Below, in pieces: positions 1-7,632 of a DNA stretch of 64,000 nt (position 1 is its first letter; every line of letters starts with the position of its first letter). A program made the position numbers and the translations under genes. The notes below the pieces were generated by a model. That model searched no databases, was not told where the DNA came from, and was given only the letters and a program-made list of their open reading frames with translations. This stretch comes from an uncultured Thioalkalispiraceae bacterium. GTDB taxonomy: Bacteria > Pseudomonadota > Gammaproteobacteria > UBA6429 > Thiohalophilaceae. The stretch is from NCBI GenBank assembly GCA_964504295.1, contig CAZDEC010000007.1:664-64663 (forward strand), read 5' to 3'.

Positions 1-612
1 AGTGAATTACGCCAACTATCAAAAGGCCGCATGCTAGATTATTCGGGTATGAGCTACGAAAAACTTGAAGAGCAGAAAGGTATCCAATGGCCTTGCACTG
101 AAGGCGAAGAATCTGGAAATGCAAGGCTCTATGCCGATGGGCAATTTCAGCATGCCGACGCAAAAGCGAAATTACTCGCACTACCTTTTATCGACAACAA
201 CGAAGTGCCAGATGATGAATACCCCTTCTGGATGAACAGTGGCCGTGTGGTTGAGCATTTCCATACGCGTACGCGTACCGGTAAAGTGGGTAATATTAAT
301 AAGTTTAGCCCAACGCCGTATATGGAAATGAATCCAGATTCAGCAAAAGAGCTGGGGATTAAACACGGTGGTTATGCGCGTTTAACTTCACGCCGGGGTG
401 ATGGTGTTGTTATGGTACAACTTACGCAACGGGTACCACCGAATATGGTTTTTATTCCATTCCATTTTCATGAATGTGCGAACCGTTTGTCACTGGGATT
501 GCTTGACCCGTATTCGCGGCAACCTGCATTTAAACAATGTGCAGTAAAAATTGAAGCCGTGGTAGACCAACAAGCCGCAGCAATACGAAATAAAGAAGCC
601 AGAGCTTATTAA
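1..612 (+). CDS. Molybdopterin (bis-MGD) oxidoreductase catalytic subunit, C-terminal fragment; the gene continues upstream of the window
   Basis: The frame is open from nt 1 (SELRQLSKGRM...). C-terminal MopB barrel signature: FWMNSGRVVEHFHTRTRTGK...MEMNPDSAKELGI..GGYARLTSRRG...VFIPFHF...N.L....DPYSRQPAFKQCAVKIE, typical of nitrate/formate/DMSO reductase-family enzymes. Confidence 0.85.
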   Translation, partial: SELRQLSKGRMLDYSGMSYEKLEEQKGIQWPCTEGEESGNARLYADGQFQHADAKAKLLALPFIDNNEVPDDEYPFWMNSGRVVEHFHTRTRTGKVGNINKFSPTPYMEMNPDSAKELGIKHGGYARLTSRRGDGVVMVQLTQRVPPNMVFIPFHFHECANRLSLGLLDPYSRQPAFKQCAVKIEAVVDQQAAAIRNKEARAY

Positions 613-675
613 TGTTTTTTCGTCGTGTCCATTGTGGTTAACCAGTTTTTAAAATATATTCAGGATTTTTGAACA

Positions 676-2499
676 ATGTTTAAAGTAAGAAAAGACGAAC
701 CCGATTACGCCTACTTGCCCGATGCGAAAGCCCCGCAAGAAAACCAGTATGGCAAAAAAATAGATCTTTCTATTGGTCATAGCGAATTAACCGGCAAAAG
801 TTTAAACATTAATGGCGATAGCGGTATTAGTGATAACCCGGATCGTTATAAGCAGCACGGTTTTTATTTTAATGCCGACAACTGTATTTCCTGTCATGCT
901 TGCGAGTCAGCCTGTAGTGAAAAAAATGATCTACCGCCTTACTTGGCCTACCGTGCAGTAGGGTATGTTGAGGGTGGGACTTACCCGAGTTATACCCGTT
1001 TAAATATTTCGATGGCCTGTAACCACTGTGATAATCCGGTTTGCTTAAAAGGTTGCCCAACGCGAGCTTATACTAAATTTGCAGAATACGGTGCAGTACT
1101 GCAAGATCCCGATATTTGTTTTGGCTGCGGTTATTGCACCTGGGTTTGTCCTTACAATGCGCCGCAAATGGATATGGAAAAAGGTCATGTGCATAAATGT
1201 AATATGTGCGTGGATCGTTTAGAAGTGGGTTTGAAACCAGCTTGTTCATCGGCCTGTTTAGCGGGCGCCCTGGATTTCGGCATAATAGAAACCACACCAG
1301 AAAATCGTGACCAGCTAAAAACATCGATACCCGGTTTTCCAACTGCGGACATTACCAATCCCAATATTCGTTTTCAACAAACAAAAAATTTACCGCGCGA
1401 TATGTATCGTACTGATTCCACAGCTTTGAAGTATCATCGTAATGATGAAACCGGTGAATATGAACCGATGGTTGATGAACAACGTAAGTCATCAGAAAAA
1501 TTCTGGAATCTACGCAAATTATTGACCTCACATGAAAATGCGCATATCGCTTTTACCTTAAGTACACAAGCGGTTATCGGAGCCTTCTTTATGTTCCTGT
1601 TTGCACAGTTTATGGGTAATGACGCAGGCTTTATTGATTTTACTGCTAACATGGCAAACAGTTATATTCCCTTAATGGCGACCATGCTAGTGCTTTTAAG
1701 TTTTGGGATGGCTAAATTAAATTTACATTTAGGTCGACCACACCGTTTTTATCGTGGTTTTTATAATTGGCGGATGTCGCCGGTTAGTCGTGAAATTGCC
1801 GGGGTTTCACTGTTTTTTGCCGGTATCACAGGTTACGCTTTGTTTGCCTATTTTGATAATAGTTTTAGTAGAGCATTAGCTCAACTATCGGCGATTACAG
1901 CTTTAGTTGGTGGTGTTGCTGGCTTTTATTATATGTACAAGCTTTATCGCATTCCTGCTCGGCCTTATTGGAATCATTGGCAAACAGGCAGCAGTTTTGT
2001 AGCTAGCGCACTCGTTATGGGTGGTTTACTTATTGCGATCGTTACGAGCATAACGTATGGATTACATCTTACGGCTGCGACATTAAGCTTTACCTCAAAC
2101 TTGATTTTAGTTGGTTTGTTACTTGAAGCGATGGGTTTAGTTTTTCATGCGCGTGATATGAAACGAAGCCATAGCGAAGGTGCGGTATCTCATTACGAAC
2201 AAACAACAACCTATGGTAAGTCTTATATATTACGAAATATTTTATTGGTATTAAACATCATTGCGGTAGCGTTAGTGAGTATTTATGGATTGCAGGATAT
2301 TGCTGGAATCGCTATGGGAATTGTTCTAAGTTTATCGATACTCGCCAGCGCGGTTATCGGTCGAGCACTGTTTTATGTTTTAGTTATTCCAACAACCATG
2401 CCGGGTGCTTTCTTCTGGCGTAATAAAGGTTTTGAAGAACATGCTCGTGAAACCGGGTTAGCGGATATGCCGCAAACAGGCGTGTTGCCAAATCATTAA
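676..2499 (+). CDS. Fusion of a DmsB-like four-cluster [4Fe-4S] ferredoxin with a DmsC-type polytopic membrane anchor
   Basis: Four Cys clusters (CISCHACESAC; CNHCDNPVCLKGCP; CFGCGYCTWVCP; CNMCVDRL...CSSAC), followed by about 300 aa with roughly 8 hydrophobic helices. Sits 63 nt downstream of the Mo subunit. Confidence 0.85.
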   Translation: MFKVRKDEPDYAYLPDAKAPQENQYGKKIDLSIGHSELTGKSLNINGDSGISDNPDRYKQHGFYFNADNCISCHACESACSEKNDLPPYLAYRAVGYVEGGTYPSYTRLNISMACNHCDNPVCLKGCPTRAYTKFAEYGAVLQDPDICFGCGYCTWVCPYNAPQMDMEKGHVHKCNMCVDRLEVGLKPACSSACLAGALDFGIIETTPENRDQLKTSIPGFPTADITNPNIRFQQTKNLPRDMYRTDSTALKYHRNDETGEYEPMVDEQRKSSEKFWNLRKLLTSHENAHIAFTLSTQAVIGAFFMFLFAQFMGNDAGFIDFTANMANSYIPLMATMLVLLSFGMAKLNLHLGRPHRFYRGFYNWRMSPVSREIAGVSLFFAGITGYALFAYFDNSFSRALAQLSAITALVGGVAGFYYMYKLYRIPARPYWNHWQTGSSFVASALVMGGLLIAIVTSITYGLHLTAATLSFTSNLILVGLLLEAMGLVFHARDMKRSHSEGAVSHYEQTTTYGKSYILRNILLVLNIIAVALVSIYGLQDIAGIAMGIVLSLSILASAVIGRALFYVLVIPTTMPGAFFWRNKGFEEHARETGLADMPQTGVLPNH

Positions 2500-2524
2500 C
2501 TATAAAATTTAGTAAGAGAACGTT

Positions 2525-2881
2525 ATGTATCCAAATATGCAAATTAGAACCGTGCTGGTTGACGGAAAAGAAGTCAGAACCTGTAGCGAAGGTTATATTG
2601 TTGTTCAGGATGAATGGAGCGAAGGCTTTGCGTATGCACAGGCTGAAGTTGAAGGACTTGAGTTAACAAATGAACACTGGGACGTAGTTCGTTTTTTACG
2701 TAACTACTATGAGCAACACCGGGTGCAATGTGAAGTGCGTAAAATGGTTAAGCATTTTAAAGAGACCTGGGGTAAAGAACGAGGTAATAGTAGTTACCTG
2801 CATAAAATTTTTCCTCGTGGTGGCCCACAAAAACAAGGCAATCGCCTTGCGGGTTTATTGCGAACCAAAGGCGAGCATTAA
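2525..2881 (+). CDS. TusE/DsrC/DsvC-family protein lacking the conserved C-terminal cysteine
   Basis: Aligns by eye to E. coli TusE (HWDVVRFLRNYY..., GNSSYLHKIFPRGGPQKQ..RLAGL). It ends ...LLRTKGEH where TusE/DsrC have ...PKP.(K/G)C(I/V). An RBS-like agtaagaga lies upstream. Confidence 0.8.
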   Translation: MYPNMQIRTVLVDGKEVRTCSEGYIVVQDEWSEGFAYAQAEVEGLELTNEHWDVVRFLRNYYEQHRVQCEVRKMVKHFKETWGKERGNSSYLHKIFPRGGPQKQGNRLAGLLRTKGEH

Positions 2882-3023
2882 CAAAGGATTGTCCACGCCG
2901 GGTGCAGCCCAGCCTTGGTGTAAGATAAGTCCTACAAACATTTAGTCATTGTCCTACAAGACCTGGTGAGCGTGAAGAGGTATGATCATGTTCCTTTTGT
3001 AGGTCGCAGTAGATGGACAGTTT

Positions 3024-3200
3024 GTGAACATAATTAAACGAAAAATACTATTAATATCAATACTTTGGATTGTTACTGCAACAATTGTTTTGTTCATACA
3101 ACCAGGAAAAAGCCTTAATAATTCGCCATCAACCACCAATAGCTTGTTAATTGATGATCCCGTCAGTTTAGTTAGCGTCTCTAGTAACAACAAACAATGA
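3024..3200 (+). CDS. Possible 58-aa single-TM mini-protein (GTG start), below the ORF-track length cutoff
   Basis: Hand translation: VNIIKRKILLISILWIVTATIVLFIQPGKSLNNSPSTTNSLLIDDPVSLVSVSSNNKQ*. Its TGA overlaps the ATG of the next gene (caATGAat at 3197-3200). Weak RBS, so speculative. Confidence 0.3.
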   Translation: MNIIKRKILLISILWIVTATIVLFIQPGKSLNNSPSTTNSLLIDDPVSLVSVSSNNKQ

Positions 3201-3388
3201 ATGCCGTATTAACCATCAACCGTTATAACGAACAGGGTTCAATTCCGCTTCGTTCTGAACGTTTTTATCAGGAAAGTGGTCAGTGGTTTTTTTCTGTTCG
3301 CTCAGGTCTTGACCTTGGGCCATTCCATTCATTTGAAGATGCGCGAACAGCACTTACCCGTTACATTAAAGAGTCATTAATATCTTAA
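3197..3388 (+). CDS. Small conserved protein with an R-F-Y...WFF..R.G...GPF motif (paralog 1 of 3 in the window; possibly the DUF6316 family, unverified)
   Basis: IPLRSERFYQESGQWFFSVRSGLDLGPFHSFEDA matches the same motif in the ORFs at 34667-34864(-) and 41125-41349(-). Confidence 0.7.
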   Translation: MNAVLTINRYNEQGSIPLRSERFYQESGQWFFSVRSGLDLGPFHSFEDARTALTRYIKESLIS

Positions 3389-3513
3389 TAATGCATTAAA
3401 ATTCAATTAGTTACAAAACACCCCCAACAATTTTTCTACCTCTAAATTATTAAAGTTTGTTCTCATTGAGCCGTTATAGCTTTAAGTGATTAATGACTTA
3501 CGGCTAAAGATTA

Positions 3514-4728
3514 ATGATTTCAAGATTTAAGGTATTCGATAAACCTCTATTACTATTTGTGGCGTTTGGCTTACTTATTCTTGAGTTGCTACCGGCGGAT
3601 AATTATATAGCGAGAGTGCGTATCAGTCTGGAAATTAGCATTATATTATTAGCCATTATTATATTTATAAAAAACGGTAAAGCAAAGAAACAAGATATAT
3701 CTGCGGTTGTAGATGCATCTGAAGATGGCGTACAAAAGTCTTTACATGCATTGTTGCTGGATATTGATGAAGCATATACAACTGAAATGGATATTATCAA
3801 GAAAGATGTCAATCGAGTAAGAGATATTTTAGGTGAAGCCGTTTCAAATTTAACAGATGGGTTTTCATCGATGAATGAGTTAGTGCAGCAGGAAGATGAA
3901 CTTGTTCAGTCTATTGTCGAACGTTCTCGTCATAATGATGATACGGCTGAAGGGATTAATATACACAAGTTTGCAAGCATGACAGAAAATATTATGGGGG
4001 ATTTTATTACCATACTCACCTCTGTTAGCACGCAAAGTATGGAAACAGCGCATAACCTTGATGAAATGAAAGAGCAAATGGATGGTATTTTTTCGTTACT
4101 AGACGATTCTAAAACCATTGCCGATCAAACGAATTTACTTGCATTAAATGCCGCTATAGAAGCTGCCAGGGCAGGCGAAGCTGGTCGTGGTTTTGCCGTT
4201 GTTGCAGATGAAGTTCGTAGTTTGTCTTCAAGAGCGTCAAGTTTTAATGATCAGATTGCCGATAAGGTGCACAGCGCAAAATCAGCAATTGATCTTGTTA
4301 ACGATACTGTAAACGATATGGCTTCACGTGATATGAGCTCAAGTATTGATTCACAGGAAGAAATTTCTCAAGCATTAAAACGTATAGAAAGTATGGATGA
4401 AAGTTTTTCAAAAACAATGAGTGATGTTGCCTCTATCACGCATAAAATCGAACTTGTTATTGGTAATACTATTCGTGTATTACAATTCGAAGATATTACA
4501 AATCAGGTGCTATCAGAGGCAGCAGAACGGAGTTTACGAGTAAGTAATATGACGGGTGAAATTCATGATGCTATCAATGAGTATAAGCAGGGTAATGAAA
4601 TTACACCGATAGAATACATTAATGAGATAAGAACGAGTGTCAATCGGCTACGTGATAGTTGGCAAGAGCAGCATGAAACGGTTGTTGGATCCAAAAATCT
4701 AGATGAAAAAGAAGTTGATTTGTTCTGA
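3514..4728 (+). CDS. Methyl-accepting chemotaxis protein with two N-terminal TM helices, almost no periplasmic loop and no recognisable ligand domain
   Basis: Highly conserved MCP signalling hairpin: [40 protein letters not shown]. Confidence 0.9.
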   Translation: MISRFKVFDKPLLLFVAFGLLILELLPADNYIARVRISLEISIILLAIIIFIKNGKAKKQDISAVVDASEDGVQKSLHALLLDIDEAYTTEMDIIKKDVNRVRDILGEAVSNLTDGFSSMNELVQQEDELVQSIVERSRHNDDTAEGINIHKFASMTENIMGDFITILTSVSTQSMETAHNLDEMKEQMDGIFSLLDDSKTIADQTNLLALNAAIEAARAGEAGRGFAVVADEVRSLSSRASSFNDQIADKVHSAKSAIDLVNDTVNDMASRDMSSSIDSQEEISQALKRIESMDESFSKTMSDVASITHKIELVIGNTIRVLQFEDITNQVLSEAAERSLRVSNMTGEIHDAINEYKQGNEITPIEYINEIRTSVNRLRDSWQEQHETVVGSKNLDEKEVDLF

Positions 4729-4751
4729 AATTTAAACAAAAGGAGATAGCT

Positions 4752-5045
4752 ATGAGTATTGCAGTTTCAAAAAGTGATGACGGAAAAAATGTAACTATAA
4801 AAGTAGATGGCCGATTTGATTTTTCTGTGCATAAAGATTTTAGAAATGCGTATAAAGATTATGATGGCAAGGTGAATTTTAAAGTAAACCTGAGTACGAC
4901 AGAGTATTTAGATAGCTCTGCACTCGGTATGCTACTCCTTTTAAAAAAACATTCTGATAATAATGTGGTTATTGACAAGCCGAATGAAGAAGTAAGGCGG
5001 GTTTTAACGATTGCAAATTTTGATAAGGTTTTTACTATTGAATAA
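4752..5045 (+). CDS. STAS-domain anti-sigma-factor antagonist (HsbA/SpoIIAA/RsbV-like)
   Basis: 97 aa. Typical STAS block LSTTEYLDSSALGMLLLL containing the phosphorylatable Ser. RBS aaggaga lies 7 nt upstream. Confidence 0.85.
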   Translation: MSIAVSKSDDGKNVTIKVDGRFDFSVHKDFRNAYKDYDGKVNFKVNLSTTEYLDSSALGMLLLLKKHSDNNVVIDKPNEEVRRVLTIANFDKVFTIE

Positions 5046-5104
5046 ATTTCTATTCAACAAAGTTTATAAAGTTTTAACCTGGTAACCCTTTCAGGGAGTA
5101 GGCA

Positions 5105-6847
5105 GTGGCAAATACAGCAGAAAAATTAGTGGTTGACAGAGTTCAATCTAAAGGAAGGGCTTTAATTGTAGATGATGAACCTACAAACCGACTGATACTG
5201 CAAGCGCACCTATCAAAGAATGGATATGACGTCAGTCTGGCTGTTAATGGTATTGAAGCAATTGAAATCTTCAAGGAGGAATCGCCAGATATTATTTTTA
5301 TGGATGTCATGATGCCTGAAATGAATGGTTATGATGCAACAAGAAATATTAAGGAGTTATGTGGTGATCGTTTTGTTCCGATAATTTTCCTAACCGCTAT
5401 TACAAACGAGGTTGAATTAGCTAAATGTGTGGAAGCTGGCGGAGATGATTTTTTAACAAAACCGTTTAGCTATACACTTTTAAAAGCAAAAGTAGAAGCT
5501 TTAGAGCGGGTACGCGATCTGCATCGTGAAGTCAGAAAGCATCATGAGCAAATTCTACGTGATGAAGAAGTTGCTGAGGAATTATTTACTACTGTTGTAA
5601 TGGCAGAGAATGTTGAACTAGACAAACTTCATATTATGCTACGCCCAGCTGTTACTTTTAGTGGTGATATTCTGATGAGTGCGCGAAGTCCCTCTGGTGA
5701 ATTGTTTGTCTTGCTGGGTGATTTTACCGGTCATGGTTTGGTTGCATCAATTGGTGCTTTACCTGTTTCAGAAATATTCCGCACAATGACAAAAAAAGGT
5801 TTTGCACTAAGCAGTATTTTAAAAGAAATGAATAAAAAGCTGGAACATCTTTTGCCCGGTGATAAATTTTTGGCTCTCGGTGCTATTAGTATTGCCAAAG
5901 ATGTAAAGTCGGCCACGGTCTGGAATGGTGGCATACCCAGTATTATTCATTTAAACAAAAACAAGGAAATTATAAATCGTTTTTCTGCTGAGCATTTAGC
6001 ATTAGGTATTATTGATGAGATTGATGATGAAAAACCAGTCCATATTGATATAAAAGAGGGGGATGCCTTAATTATGTATACCGATGGGGTTATTGAGGCA
6101 ACCGATCCCGAAAAGAATATGTATGGAGAAGAGCGCTTCGAAAAGCATCTAATAAATTCAAAAACTGATGAAATACTCATTAATATAGAAAAAGATATCA
6201 TAAAGTTCACCGATGGCTATGCGCAAGATGATGATATCAGCATGGTCATTATTCCATGTGATACTGGATTGTCAGTTTCAGATGAAAAAGAATTGGTTGC
6301 CAAAGAGAAATCAACTGAAACCAGTATGATTGATTTTTCAGTAACGGATGATGAAAATATTCGATTGGAGTGGCAGTGGGACTTTAACGCACATGCAGCC
6401 AGTTTAAGTCGAATAGATCCTGTTCCGGTGCTAATTAGCCAGATACAGGAATTAGAAGATATAAAAAAACATCGTCAAAATTTATTTTTAATACTATCTG
6501 AGTTATTTAATAATGCGCTTGATCATGGAATATTACATCTTGATTCAAAGATGAAGATGGATCCCGATGGCTTTACTGAATACCTGGAGCAACGCGAAAA
6601 ACGTCTGCAAGAATTAAAAAATGATAATATTTTAATAACCATTGAGAAAATTAATTTTTATGATAAGAATTTTCTTAAAATCCGTTTCAAGGATTCTGGT
6701 GAAGGATTTGATATAAATAAAAATAAAGAAGATTTTGACAAAAATAAGAAACTATCGGGGCGTGGTGTTCAGCTGGTAAAAGAACTCTGTTTCCATGTTG
6801 AATACAAGGGCAATGGTAATGAGGTAGAGGTTGTCTATCAACTCTAA
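5105..6847 (+). CDS. HsbR-like tripartite regulator: REC receiver + PP2C/SpoIIE phosphatase + RsbW/SpoIIAB-type anti-sigma kinase domain
   Basis: REC (LIVDDEPTNR...IFMDVMMPEMNGYD...FLTKP). PP2C (GDILMSAR...LGDFTGHGL...MYTDGVIEA...DDDISMVII). HATPase (ELFNNALDHG; DSGEGFD; GRGVQLV). GTG start with a GGGAG RBS. Confidence 0.9.
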   Translation: MANTAEKLVVDRVQSKGRALIVDDEPTNRLILQAHLSKNGYDVSLAVNGIEAIEIFKEESPDIIFMDVMMPEMNGYDATRNIKELCGDRFVPIIFLTAITNEVELAKCVEAGGDDFLTKPFSYTLLKAKVEALERVRDLHREVRKHHEQILRDEEVAEELFTTVVMAENVELDKLHIMLRPAVTFSGDILMSARSPSGELFVLLGDFTGHGLVASIGALPVSEIFRTMTKKGFALSSILKEMNKKLEHLLPGDKFLALGAISIAKDVKSATVWNGGIPSIIHLNKNKEIINRFSAEHLALGIIDEIDDEKPVHIDIKEGDALIMYTDGVIEATDPEKNMYGEERFEKHLINSKTDEILINIEKDIIKFTDGYAQDDDISMVIIPCDTGLSVSDEKELVAKEKSTETSMIDFSVTDDENIRLEWQWDFNAHAASLSRIDPVPVLISQIQELEDIKKHRQNLFLILSELFNNALDHGILHLDSKMKMDPDGFTEYLEQREKRLQELKNDNILITIEKINFYDKNFLKIRFKDSGEGFDINKNKEDFDKNKKLSGRGVQLVKELCFHVEYKGNGNEVEVVYQL

Positions 6848-6848
6848 A

Positions 6849-7226
6849 ATGACATCTTTAATGAGCAGAATAAAAACCATACTAATAGCCGATGATGATA
6901 ATTTTATGCGACTTGCTCTAAAAAAAGTTTTAGAAAAAGATAATTACACTATTTTTGAAGCTGTCGATGGTAATGAGGCTATAGAAGTCTTTAATCTAAA
7001 TCAGCCAGATTGCGTCTTACTTGACGGTTTAATGCCCAACCTGGATGGCTTCGCAGCATGCAATCAGATTCGTGCTACTCAGCGTGGCAAAGCCGTACCG
7101 ATTTTAATTGTTTCTGGTTTAAGCCGGGAAGAAATTAAAGCGGATTACCCTGATACCCTTGTAACCGGTTATATTAGTAAGCCTGTTGATTGGGATAAAA
7201 TGTTGAAGAAAATTTCAAATTTATAG
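6849..7226 (+). CDS. Stand-alone CheY-like response regulator receiver
   Basis: IADDDNFMR...LLDGLMPNLDGF...ISKP. I prefer the ATG at 6849, right after the upstream TAA (6845-6847), over the TTG at 6831. Confidence 0.85.
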   Translation: MTSLMSRIKTILIADDDNFMRLALKKVLEKDNYTIFEAVDGNEAIEVFNLNQPDCVLLDGLMPNLDGFAACNQIRATQRGKAVPILIVSGLSREEIKADYPDTLVTGYISKPVDWDKMLKKISNL

Positions 7227-7252
7227 CGGCAATACAGGATGCTTTTAAGTAT

Positions 7253-7609
7253 TCATGATTTTTTTAAAACAGTATTGTCAAAATGCACATCACTCAAACT
7301 ATATTTTATCAATGTTCTAATATTTGCATGGTCGGTATTCTCCAAGTTGAGTAATACATCGTTACGGTAATATTTACCAAAACAGTTTAATGTTTCTTCT
7401 TTTGTTAAGCTATTCAGTTTAGCAAAAGCTAAAATTTTACAGGAACCTTCGTTCGTAGATGCTTCATTGATAACGATATCGTTATCTTGACCATTGTGAA
7501 ATCGTGATGGTGTGTAATGATATTCATTGTTAATGGTTTCAATCACCTGGTTAAATTGAACCTGGGTTGGGTTTTCTTTTAATAAAGTGAGTAATTCTGT
7601 CAGTAACAT
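7253..7609 (-). CDS. HopJ type III effector-family protein
   Basis: 118 aa. Overall resemblance to HopJ-family proteins (F..VI..I...Y.YTP..F.NG......N..G.N.GSCKI.AFA.L..L....TL.CFG.YYR). Lies 23 nt downstream of selO. Confidence 0.7.
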   Translation of the reverse strand: MLLTELLTLLKENPTQVQFNQVIETINNEYHYTPSRFHNGQDNDIVINEASTNEGSCKILAFAKLNSLTKEETLNCFGKYYRNDVLLNLENTDHANIRTLIKYSLSDVHFDNTVLKKS

Positions 7610-7632
7610 AACAAAGCCTGTAAATTTAATAG

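Noticed and set aside
2709-3193. ORFs 2709-2945(+) and 2954-3193(-) around the DsrC-like gene
   Set aside because: The first is an out-of-frame overlap with the well-supported TusE/DsrC-like CDS. The second has no features and competes with a plus-strand TM mini-ORF that is ATGA-coupled to the next gene.
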